A stretch of DNA of 63,415 nucleotides, counting the filler, from Pirum gemmata (lineage: Eukaryota), in assembly GCA_002812295.1 (NCBI GenBank). It is 20 parts of 20 records of this genome, joined end to end, with 100 filler letters (N's around TTAATTAATTAA, not from the genome) between each part and the next. Parts side by side here need not be neighbours in the genome. Positions count along the whole stretch, not along the records: positions 12,041 to 14,972 come from PDIN01004064.1; positions 15,073 to 18,005 come from PDIN01004065.1; positions 18,106 to 22,578 come from PDIN01004066.1; positions 22,679 to 25,628 come from PDIN01004067.1; 16 more parts are not named here. The stretch is one strand, 5' to 3'. The notes below the pieces were generated by a model. The model did not search any database. It was not told the DNA's origin and saw only the letters and a list, made by a program, of their open reading frames with translations. How positions within the stretch are numbered: the stretch's first letter is position 1; each line of letters starts with the position of its first letter. Below, piece after piece: positions 12,121 through 22,832 of the stretch. Both the position numbers and the translations under genes were made by a program.

Positions 12121-14373
12121 ATGATTACTTCACTATATTCATCAATAATTGTGGTTACACTAACCACACACACCATAAGTATTAATGCACAATCATTTAC
12201 ATTAGGATTAAAAACTTTAATTCTATCCAACGATCATTATCTTGATTTACTACCAAGAACAAAACTTGATTCATACGGCGCCCCTTACGATTTAGTCCAT
12301 GTGGTAGATGAAAATCAAAACAAAGTCGAAATAGATTTAGATTTACTATACGATAGCAACAATAATCCTAAATACAATAGCATTGTGTTAATGAGTAATT
12401 TTTTAGAATATAAAGATGGTGATTTATATCCCTCTGCTTTGAACACAACCCAATGGACTGAATTGAATGCTTACAGAAAAAATTATGGCGTTCGAAGTGT
12501 GGTTTTACAATCTAACTCCAACGCTGACCCTGCCTTAACATATACAGGCCCTGGTAATGGCGATTATGCGGATATGAGGTTTACCCCCGATGGTTATGTA
12601 AATGAATTTAATACCAATATTAATAGTAATGCTGTTTTTAAACTTGGACAGGAGTATACTTATATGTCAGAAGAAGTGAGTTTCTGGTGGTATCCTGTAG
12701 GACTTGATCATTCTTTAAATACGGATAATCATGTTAAACCCTTTATGCAAATTAAAAAACAAACGGCCACAGATTATGGTGACGACTATAGTGCCTTTAT
12801 TTTAACTAAAAATGATGGTGGGTTGTATGCACAAGAAGAAATGCATTTCACTTTCACTGCTAATTCTTACACTCATCACGGTTTAGTTTTGGCCGATATA
12901 TGGATTGTGTGGATTACTAAAGGTATCTTTTTAGGTCAGCGTAGAATAACTTTAAACACTCACATTGACGATTTTTTAATAGACACAGAATTATACCATG
13001 ACAAAACTGTTGCTTATCGTAACACAGGGAAAGACCTCGAATTACTTAAATCATATCAAGACAATAGAAGGACTACCATGCCAGAAAGGTCTAACTTCAC
13101 CATTGAGTTGGCTTTTAACGGGTGGGGGTATGGTAAATTTAACGATAACGTCAAATACCCTACCTATCAGCCAAACGTTGACGATGCTGTCGTCCGTTTG
13201 AGAAATGATTTTTTGTGGGTATCCCACACTTGGACTCATATGGATCTTTTGTGCGTTGAAAGTAATTGTGTTAAACCAGAAACAACGCCAACTTTAGATT
13301 GTTATAATTGGACTGAAGGAGTTTGTGATTATGGATTAAACAGTGAAGGTTATAACGAACCCACTTACCCAGAAAGTGGTTATTCCCCCGAAAAATATAT
13401 TATCTTAGAATTAACTAGAAACCAACATTGGACTAAAAATGTTCTGTTTGCCGACCTCAGTGAAGCTGAAATAGATAGTTCGCCAATTTGGTCCGGGAAC
13501 TCGATTGTTACTCCGCGCATTTCAGGCTTAAATTATACTGTAGCAATCCGTGCAATGTTAGAGGCAGGTATTTTCACAGCCGTAGGTGACAACTCTCGTA
13601 TTGATCTAGCACCCGAAAACCCGTACCATGGGTTTAACGCTCAACCTAAAGTTCAAGAAAATGGTGAGGCTTACGATGGTACGTTTGAACCAGTAAATGG
13701 TCGAGATGGTCTGTTTGTTATACCCAGATTTGCCACTCGCATTTATTATGATTGCGCTAGTCCAGAAGAAAATGCGGATCAACATAATACTTTTTACGGA
13801 CCTGAGTGTTTCGGTTGGAATATGACTGGAGAAATTTCTTTTGAAGGCTTAAAATGTAATTCCTCGTCTTTTAAGTATACTGAAAATTTAGCGTTTGATG
13901 ATATATTAGAAATCGAGGCTTACGAGACGGCCAGAAATCTTTTATCTTATCGTACAGACCCTTATATGTTCCACCAAGCCAACTTACATTTTTATGATGG
14001 CGCTAACTGTTTGTTAAGTCGTTGGATTGACTCGACGGTTAACGAAGTTTTGAAATATAACACTTTCCCGATTTTATCCCACAAAATGGATGATTTGGAA
14101 GTATTTTATCGGGAAAGAATGGAAAGAGATGCTTGTAATGCAAAGGGTGCGATTGAATATGTAAATGGCGATCCAAAGTTTATGTATTTGACTACTGACA
14201 GTGCGGGGGAATGTCATAGTAGAGTAACTATTACTAAAACCCAGGGTAATAATGCTATCTTGGGTTATGGTTCTGGGGTTGGAGGTTTTAATTTTAAAGA
14301 ATCTTATGGTGTTGACGTTACTTTTTCTTACGGTTTAAGCTCATCTAACTCTATCAAAGAACAATTGATTTAA
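12121..14373 (+). CDS. Agd3-like (CE18) secreted polysaccharide deacetylase, 750 aa, intronless
   Basis: N-terminal signal-like segment. Motifs GQRRITLNTHIDD, WVSHTWTH (D/H/H metal triad), TPRISGL, AVGDNSR, VIPRFATRIYYDC and DPYMFHQANL occur in the same order as in Aspergillus Agd3. Confidence 0.85.
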   Translation: MITSLYSSIIVVTLTTHTISINAQSFTLGLKTLILSNDHYLDLLPRTKLDSYGAPYDLVHVVDENQNKVEIDLDLLYDSNNNPKYNSIVLMSNFLEYKDGDLYPSALNTTQWTELNAYRKNYGVRSVVLQSNSNADPALTYTGPGNGDYADMRFTPDGYVNEFNTNINSNAVFKLGQEYTYMSEEVSFWWYPVGLDHSLNTDNHVKPFMQIKKQTATDYGDDYSAFILTKNDGGLYAQEEMHFTFTANSYTHHGLVLADIWIVWITKGIFLGQRRITLNTHIDDFLIDTELYHDKTVAYRNTGKDLELLKSYQDNRRTTMPERSNFTIELAFNGWGYGKFNDNVKYPTYQPNVDDAVVRLRNDFLWVSHTWTHMDLLCVESNCVKPETTPTLDCYNWTEGVCDYGLNSEGYNEPTYPESGYSPEKYIILELTRNQHWTKNVLFADLSEAEIDSSPIWSGNSIVTPRISGLNYTVAIRAMLEAGIFTAVGDNSRIDLAPENPYHGFNAQPKVQENGEAYDGTFEPVNGRDGLFVIPRFATRIYYDCASPEENADQHNTFYGPECFGWNMTGEISFEGLKCNSSSFKYTENLAFDDILEIEAYETARNLLSYRTDPYMFHQANLHFYDGANCLLSRWIDSTVNEVLKYNTFPILSHKMDDLEVFYRERMERDACNAKGAIEYVNGDPKFMYLTTDSAGECHSRVTITKTQGNNAILGYGSGVGGFNFKESYGVDVTFSYGLSSSNSIKEQLI

Positions 14374-14504
14374 AAGTTTAATGATCATAATACTTTTAAA
14401 TAAATAAATAATAATAATAATAATTAATGGTAATGGTAATATGAACTAATTTAAATAAAATTAAAAAAAAAAATGAATCACTGTATCAATTTTTCTTTTT
14501 CTTG

Positions 14505-14548
14505 CGGTTTTAAGCTCATCTAACTCTATCAAAGTACAATTGATTTAA
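14505..14548 (+). repeat. Short duplicate of the Agd3-like gene's 3' end
   Basis: CGGTTTTAAGCTCATCTAACTCTATCAAAGTACAATTGATTTAAA repeats about 14331..14375. Confidence 0.85.
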
Positions 14549-15088
14549 ACCCCTGATCTAGGGAAGTTCTGTAGAAGTTTTCTGTAGAAGTTTTTGAAAT
14601 CGATTTCTCCAAAATTGCACTCGAACGAGAAAATCGAGCTAACACCACCTACTTAGTGTTTTGTTATTTATTTATTTATTTATTTTAATTATTTATGATT
14701 ATTTTTATTTATTTTGTTTTTTCAGTGTTTTGTTATTTATTTATTTATTAATTGAAATATAATATTAATGATTTCTATTTTTATTTATTTTATTTATTAT
14801 TTATTTTCATTAGTAAATGAAAAAATGAGTAATAATAATAGATACTGTAAGTTTAAAGGAGGTGTTGGACACTAATGCCTTCCACATATTGCAGAACAAT
14901 TCGCTTCTATTCTTGGTTATTATTAATATTAAAATATTATTATTATTATATTATTATTATTATTAATTATTANNNNNNNNNNNNNNNNNNNNNNNNNNNN
15001 NNNNNNNNNNNNNNNNTTAATTAATTAANNNNNNNNNNNNNNNNNNNNNNNNNNNNNNNNNNNNNNNNNNNNTAATAATAATAATAAA

Positions 15089-15835
15089 ATGATCAACATA
15101 ATAAATACCATAATAATGCTATGCGCATTAAGTTTACATTTTATAACAACGATAGTTTTGGGTCATGGTATGATGACTAGCCCCAGAGCACGAAATTACG
15201 ATACCAGTTCTATAGATTATATATACGAATTAGAAAAAGGTTACGGTACTAAATACAACACGAAGGAAACTTACTCTGGTGCAGATATGCGTTGCCATGG
15301 ACAAACCAATATAGTATCGCCCCGTTCTCGCAAAACCTTAATTGCAGGTCAACAGCTAACTATCACTATGTCCTTTAGAAAAGAGCATCCGGGGGACTGT
15401 TATCTGTACTTATCAACTCCTGGGCAAGATAGAAGGGATCCCAAATACTGGTACAAAATAGCCGCATTTCCCGGCTGTTCGGAAACAGGTGATGATGTGG
15501 GAAAGAATAACACCAGTGGTGATAGAAAAATTAAATTTACCGTACCTGAAGGAGTACAGGATTGTAATGACTGTGTTTTGCGTTGGGAGTGGGTTGCCTT
15601 GCATCTACCAGGAAAAAGTCAGATATCCGTGAATTGTGCTGATGTTAATGTTAGAAATTCTGACAAAACAATAAAACCAACTATAGAAAGTATTGTGGAA
15701 ATTAATAATGTAGAATATTTAAAAAAGTTTGGGTATCACCGTAACCCTTATATGCAAAAAGACAGGGAGGAAATTGGAAAACTAGCGCGTAATTATGGCC
15801 CGAAGTTGGCCAGATATACTCGAGCTGCAAACTAA
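15089..15835 (+). CDS. Secreted lytic polysaccharide monooxygenase-like protein (AA10/AA15/AA16-type fold)
   Basis: Predicted signal peptide ending VLG exposes His26 (HGMMTSPRAR). Second His in EHPGDCYLYL (H100). CNDCVLRWEW and VNCADV are typical LPMO C-terminal strands. Confidence 0.85.
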   Translation: MINIINTIIMLCALSLHFITTIVLGHGMMTSPRARNYDTSSIDYIYELEKGYGTKYNTKETYSGADMRCHGQTNIVSPRSRKTLIAGQQLTITMSFRKEHPGDCYLYLSTPGQDRRDPKYWYKIAAFPGCSETGDDVGKNNTSGDRKIKFTVPEGVQDCNDCVLRWEWVALHLPGKSQISVNCADVNVRNSDKTIKPTIESIVEINNVEYLKKFGYHRNPYMQKDREEIGKLARNYGPKLARYTRAAN

Positions 15836-16457
15836 TTAAAATAATAATAAAACAAAATATTTATCTATCAACACAACAAAATATCAAAGTAGAATTTGAG
15901 TTAAAAATTGGAATTTGATAATTAATTTTAAATTAATATTTTGATAACAATGAAAGCAAAGAATTATCAATCAGCATTACTAATTATAATTAAATTGGAA
16001 TAATTAGAAATGTTTATTAATAATTCATTTGTTTTTTATTAATACATTATAAATTATATATATCATTCTTTTATTCATTTATTCATTTATTCATTTATTC
16101 ATTTATTCAATTATATATTATTATAATATTATATGATTATGATTATGATTATGATTATGGTAACAATAGATCACAGGATTTATAGCCGAGAGTACAGCTG
16201 ACAGTCAGTAGTAGCTGTAGTCTGTACAACATGCAGTCTATAGATTTCTGCATTTTTCTCCACTTTTCTCCACTTTTCTCTGGTTTGCGTGAACTTTACT
16301 ACAGCCTTACACTATAGCCTTACAACTAGCCTTACTATCAGATGCTAATTTATATTATAAAACTAAACTAATTAGGACTACCTTACAGTTTCTACTCTTA
16401 CTCTATGGCGAATCTACGCCTAAAAATACACTAAAAATACTGCCACAAGGCTAATTT

Positions 16458-16530
16458 GGCCGTCACCTCCAGGCCCCAGCCATCTCCTCCAGCCCCAGAC
16501 ATCTCCTCCAGGCCCAGCCGTCACCTCATC
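16458..16530. repeat. GC-rich minisatellite, about 19-bp unit, about 4 copies
   Basis: Recurrent CAGCCATCTCCTCCAGGCCC-like units. Confidence 0.7.
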
Positions 16531-16609
16531 CACTAGCTAGACCTACTAGCTAGCTATCGTAGCAGCTCTAGCTAGCTAGCTAGCTAGCATATGAATCTAT
16601 ATTATTGAT

Positions 16610-16764
16610 TCTTGAATTCCTCCCCACGACAAATCAAGGAGTTTTTTTTTTTGAACTCCTCTTCAGTTGAACCAAGGACTTCAAAAAAAGTCCTTGGTTG
16701 AACCCAAGAGTCAAAGACTCCTTTTCCTGGAGTCTTTGGTTGAACTCCTTGGACAAATTCAAGA
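16610..16764. repeat. Multi-hairpin (cloverleaf-like) inverted-repeat element
   Basis: Outer stem TCTTGAATT/AATTCAAGA encloses hairpins 16637-16660, 16670-16699 (12-bp perfect) and 16712-16738 (10-bp perfect). Confidence 0.7.
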
Positions 16765-17079
16765 TTTTTCAAGATTTTGCTTGGGTGGCACTAGCTAGTT
16801 GGGTGGCAACTTGCAATAGTGTCTTTTGCAAGTTTGCAAGTTTGCAAGCAATCCATCTCAGCAATCCATCTCTCTACTACTACTTACTAGCTTCAGTTTT
16901 TCATTTTTTTCATTTTTTTCATTTTTTTCATTTTTTTCATTTTTTTCATTTTTTTCATTTTTTTCAGTTCATTTTTTCAGTTCATTTTTTCAGTTCATTT
17001 TTTCAGTTCATAATAATAATAATAGTACTATGTAGACACCTGTCTCCCCCAGTGGTGATGGAGAAAATTAATAAATAAA

Positions 17080-17137
<58 letters not shown>

Positions 17138-17464
17138 TAATAAAATAATAAAATAATAACAATAATAACAATAATAACCCTATGTTAATAATAACAATAT
17201 TTTAAAATAATAACAATAATAACAATAATTTTCTAGACTTTACTCAACAGATTCTCAAATCTGAGACTCTAAAAAAGGAAATACAATTTTTTAGTAAATT
17301 TATGTGACTACTCTTACTACTAGACTCTTACTACTCTTATAGCTACTCTTATCACAGTAAATTCAATATTATTATGAAAAATATCCAATAGTACGGCTTA
17401 GACTATACCACTAATAGCATTTCTTTCGTATATAGTAATAATTTCTCAAAATAAAGTAATACTG

Positions 17465-18005
17465 TATAACAATAATAACAATAATAACAATAATAACAAT
17501 AATAACAATAATAACAATAATAACAATAATAACAATAATAACAATAATAACAATAATAACAANNNNNNNNNNNNNNNNNNNNNNNNNNNNNNNNNNNNNN
17601 NNNNNNNNNNNNNNAAATAACAATAATAACAATAATAACAATAATAACAATAATAACAATAATAACAATAATAACAATAATAACAATAATAACAATAATA
17701 ACAATAATAACAATAATAACAATTATAACAATAATAACAATAATAACAATAATAACAATAATAAAAATTATAACAATTATAACAATAATAACAATAATAA
17801 CAATAATAACAATAAGAACAAGAATAACAAGAATGACAATATAATAACAATAATAACAATAATAACAATAATAACAATATTAACAATAATAACAATAACA
17901 ATTAATAATAACAATTAATAATAACAATAAAAACAATAACCATAATAGCATTAATAACAATAATAACAATAACAATAATAACAATAATAACAATAATAAC
18001 AAAAA
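17465..18005. repeat. (AATAATAAC)n microsatellite with an internal 52-N gap
   Basis: Seen directly. Confidence 0.95.
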
Positions 18006-18829
18006 NNNNNNNNNNNNNNNNNNNNNNNNNNNNNNNNNNNNNNNNNNNNTTAATTAATTAANNNNNNNNNNNNNNNNNNNNNNNNNNNNNNNNNNNNNNN
18101 NNNNNTTTTTTTTTTTTTTTTTTTTTTTTTTTTGTTGTTGTTTTATTATTTTCCTTTTTTTCTTTCTTTTATATATAAACAATAGATATATGTATAAGTT
18201 TATAATGTATTTATAATTTTAATATCAAATTTTCAATAAAAAAATTATTTCCTTCTCAGATTTTCCTTATTAGTATTATATAGTAGACTAGTAGTAGTAT
18301 CTGTAGTAGCTGAGCAACCCTCACGCCACAGCCGGGTGACAGCCTCAGGACACTGTCTCCAGTTTCAGAATTTTTAGTCGCAGCAAAGATTTTCCTTGTG
18401 TTCGGGTTTTAAATATTGTTACATAAACTATATTTATCATATAATTTTTCTGATTTTATTATCATTGTTGATTGCTATGAAGTTACTAACTACTATATAT
18501 ATATATTATATATGTATATTATGATATTATTTTCTAAATCTATTGGCTATAAATTATTTATTATATATTTTAATAATTATTTTAATTTTTATCTGTTTTA
18601 AGGTATCTATAGTTTATTTGTTATTGCAATTGATTATCATATTTGTTATTAGATAACTTATATTAATTAGTAATTAAAATTTGTTATTATGTTATTTGTA
18701 ATTTGTAATTTGTTTTTATATATTATTTTTATTTGTTGTTGTTATTAATTAAACAGGTTATTAAATTTTATATATTAATTGATTGTTATTTTTACATTAT
18801 ATACAAATAGATATATATAATTATATATT

Positions 18830-18885
<56 letters not shown>

Positions 18886-19325
18886 TTTCTACTGCTATTA
18901 CTACTACTACTACGTATACCATTACTATTATGCATATGATACATCCCACAATTGAGAAAATATAGAAAAGTTCGAACTCCGAAAGACCCATCTAACTACT
19001 CCTAACTCACACATCTGACTCCATAATATTATGTTATATATAACAATAACAACAATAACAAAAACAATAACAACCACGTGCACCACCACCACCACAAACA
19101 ACAACAAACAACAAACAACAAACAACAAACAACAAACAACAAACAACAAACAACAAACAACAAACAACAAACAACAAACAACAAACAACAAACAACAAAC
19201 AACAAACAACAAACAACAAACAACAAACAACAAATAAGTAACTCTAAAACTCTCAAGTGTGCCTAATAACTGTCGAAGTGTGCAGGACCAGGTATAGTCT
19301 CCTATATCATATTCGATTCGCTTCT

Positions 19326-19535
19326 ACCTCCAAATTCTGCTCGAGCCCGAAAGCTCGAATCGAAAAAAAACCCAAAATTCAGCCATGTTCGAAAATAAAT
19401 TTTTCCATCTTTTCGGGTTTATTAATAAATAAATATATTTGAATACTTAACTGTTAGCTTAAAATTTTCGAACTTATTTAATTAATGTATAGGCTCGAAA
19501 GCTCGAAATTTTAAACAAAGCAGAATTAGGAGAAG
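19326..19535. mobile_element. MITE family D copy (TIR about CTTCTCCNAATTCTGC...GCAGAATTNGGAGAAG)
   Basis: Related to 36191..36402, about 36460..36657 and 50332..50623. Confidence 0.65.
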
Positions 19536-19761
19536 CCAGTTCTCAACCTTTTTAATTTGTTACTGTTTAAGTGTATAAGTGAACTTTTTTATAAAAAAAA
19601 ATAATTAATATAAAATACCAAATTAANTAATAATAATAATAATAATAATAATGTTTAATAATAATAATACTAATAATACTAATAATAATATTAATAAGAA
19701 TAATAATAACAACATATGGATAGTTTATTGTATGATGATGATTATTGTATGATGATGATTA

Positions 19762-20770
19762 TTGTATGAGTCTTTTAAAATAATTTTAAGATGTAGACAT
19801 TGTAATACCCAATACTTACTACAACAATTATCTAAAAGTTTTCTATGTGCTACTTGTGCTGTGAACAAAAATAATTTTGACAATAATAATAATAATAATA
19901 ATAATAGTAATGCAAAAAATATCAGATATGTATGTGAAGTCACAAATCAAAATAAAAAAGAAACCTCTGATCCCACCAGGACCCAATTCCAAAAATAAAC
20001 CAAAACCCTTCAGGGCAACTACATTGGAGAAAAAGTACTTACAAGTTTTCTAGATAAACTTGTGCTGTGAACAAAAATAATTTTGACAATAATAATAATT
20101 ATAATAATAATAGTAATAAAAATAATAATAATGCAAAAAAATATCAGATATGTATGTGAAGTCACAAATCAAAATAAAAAAGAAACCTCTCATCCCACCA
20201 GGTCCCAATTCCAAAAATAAACCAAAACCCTTCAGGGCAACTACATTGGAGAAAACGTACTTACAGGTTTTCTAGATAAAAAAGAAAACAATGATGATTG
20301 TATAGAAAGGTCTAAAGCATTACCTATCCTCAAAGAGTTTCTTAAATTTTTAAAAGATAAACCCGTGAAAGTCAATAAAAAAACTAGTAGTAAAGCTTTA
20401 GAATCTACTGGTGTTATAGATCAGCATTTTGTAAATTATAAACCGCATTATGGACAAAAATGAAAAAAAAATGTAGAAGCCTTGTAGTAGCCTCTACTGA
20501 CGGTTTCAACATTCATAAATTAACCAATACTTTAACTATAAAGAAACAGAAACAACCACAGTCAAGATCATTTCCAATTCGAGAATTAGAAAATACAATA
20601 GTCCTTCTAAGAGTAGTGGTGGGATCTTTATGTGTGGTTGGTTGTAGCGGAAGCGGGTTAGCTATTGGGAAGATACATTTGAGTCTTAATTATTTTTGAT
20701 GATTTTGCAAAAGAATTAAAAAAAAGAAAACCTACTAATTATGAAGATATATTTTGTTTGATGCAAGTTT
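19762..20770 (+). pseudogene. Degenerate coding remnant with CxxC pairs, possibly a KDZ/CxC-type transposase
   Basis: CRHC...CATC, then frameshifted segments RSFPIR / RKYNSPSKSSGGIF / VVGCSGSGLAIG / FES. It includes an approximately 210-220-bp tandem duplication (about 19852-20058 / 20059-20280). Confidence 0.25.
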
Positions 20771-20775
20771 TATTA

Positions 20776-22467
20776 TTATACCAAAGCAGAAGATTTTTTA
20801 TGGTTAGTACTAAAATCAAAACCATCCTCAAAACTTTCTTCAGAAAACGTTGACGAAAGTGTATTCATAGAGCGTACAGTCAAACAATTGGATAACGTAG
20901 TTTCCACTCTTCGTAATTCCCCATTTTCTAATTTTTCCTGAAGTAAAAGTTCATCTAAGTTATTAGAATTGCTAGTAGTAAATCCAGTTTTGTGGGACGC
21001 TAATCCAGCTTTCGCGCTGTTATTGTTATTATAATTGATATTTTTAACATTAAAATCTTTAACGGGAATTAAGTAATCAGTGGTATTGAAATATAAACGC
21101 ATAGCAATAGTTAAAGGAGAAATTAGACAAATCATAATAAAATTAGTCAAAATTTCTTCGAATTCTTCTGAGCCAAATGTGTGGTAGTGTTTATCTTCTG
21201 GGAAAACACCAGCGAAATTTAAAATCGTAAACAACATTTTCAACACTACACTAAAAAACAAAACCATCTTTAAAGCAAAGAATTTTTTTATAGGTTTCCA
21301 TTCTTCTAACACTTTTGCACTAGCCTTACAAAATCTTACGATTGGCATAACAATCATTGCCATACTAATGGCATTTAAAACTGTAAAAACCGTAATAGCA
21401 GTGGTGTTAACATGGTCATTAATATCAGTTTTCATTCCACTTTCAGTTTGGTTCCCCTTCATGGATTCCAAGACAAGTGGTGGTAAAGCAGCCATTTTTG
21501 CTTTGAGCATTATTTGAAAGGCAGTACTAGCGGCAACAATTCCATTTTCCGTACCATACTTAAGCGATATTAACGCTACGGAAGTAGCAATTCTTAAAAT
21601 ACAACCCAATATCAAAACCACTTCAAAACGTTTAAAGTTGACTTTGGTCATTCTTTGCTTAACATGAGGTTGCTTGGCCAAAGTATCCTTCATATTTTTT
21701 TTGCTACCGTATAGCTCACACAACATTTTAAAGAAAAAGTACATTACAATTGGTTCATAAATTCCATTAATCATTTCACCCCAAGTCGCATAACGAGGTA
21801 AAAATAAACTCACACAGCAATTTATAACAATGACTGGTAAGATTGGGAAACATAATATCATATAACGTCGTACTTTTTTATAACATTGGTCACGTGGTGC
21901 TTGTATGTGGATTAGAGTATGATGAACGTAATCGACACTGACAATAACTGCGAGAATGCTACTGAGAACCCAAAATGTAATTAGCCACCCTGGTGGATTA
22001 GTAAAGATTTCTTGTGCTGTAGCATGTACACCGGTCCTAAAATGAATGGTTGTTTTTATAAATTATTAATATTATCAAATCAATTAGTATAAAATATATA
22101 ATTATATAGACGTTAATATGAGTATTTACATTCTCAAATAGACTCATATTAACGTCTATAGCAAAAAAATGGTTATTTTCGCCAAAAATAACCATTTTTT
22201 TGCTATATATATAGACTAAAATTGTATTATTTACATTCTTAATTAGGTGAAACCTATTTAAGAATGTAAATAATACAATTTTAGTCTATATATTAATATA
22301 TGGAACCAGATTTATGTGTAAATATATTATTTATTACATAACAATTAGCAAAAAAAAAACAACAGAAAATATATAATTATAGTAAACAGTTAAGTAATTG
22401 AAATAATAACAAAACTTAAATATTTAAAAACAACAACAACAATACTGTTAATTATTGAAACTTACAT
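20776..22467 (-). CDS. Organic solute transporter alpha / TMEM184-like membrane protein, 420 aa; exons 22467-22466 and 22036-20776
   Basis: The multi-TM ORF (RYMILCFPILPV, YEPIVMYFFF, KPIKKFFALKMVLFFSV) extends upstream in frame to acceptor TTTTAG (exon starts 22036). Donor AAAAT|GTAAGT at 22465 supplies AT, giving ATG ACC GGT (MTGVHATAQEIF...). Confidence 0.8.
22105..22292. repeat. Three abutting near-perfect palindromes inside the OST-alpha intron
   Basis: 19-bp perfect stem (22105-22160), 23-bp perfect stem (22157-22207) and 41-bp stem with one mismatch and a GAA loop (22208-22292). Confidence 0.95.
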
Positions 22468-22521
22468 TTTGTATAGTTTGTGTGTGTGTGTTTATTTTTA
22501 TATTTTCCCCGTTTATTCTTT

Positions 22522-22563
<42 letters not shown>

Positions 22564-22683
22564 CTTTTTTTTATTTTTNNNNNNNNNNNNNNNNNNNNNN
22601 NNNNNNNNNNNNNNNNNNNNNNTTAATTAATTAANNNNNNNNNNNNNNNNNNNNNNNNNNNNNNNNNNNNNNNNNNNNTTAGT

Positions 22684-22772
22684 TAGGGGATTAGGGGATT
22701 AGGGGATTAGGGGATTAGGGGATTAGGGGATTAGGGGATTAGAGGGGATTAGGGGATTAGGGAATTAAGGTT
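22684..22772 (+). repeat. (TTAGGGGA)n G-rich 8-mer tract
   Basis: About 10 units at a scaffold end. Confidence 0.9.
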
Positions 22773-22832
22773 ACATCTTTTTTAAATATTTTAATTATAA
22801 TCATAATGACATCACATGTTATGTTATGTTAT

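Noticed and set aside
12121..15835. Apparent polysaccharide-modifying cluster (Agd3-like gene next to LPMO)
   Set aside because: The genes are on different scaffolds separated by the artificial spacer 14973-15072, so there is no evidence of linkage.
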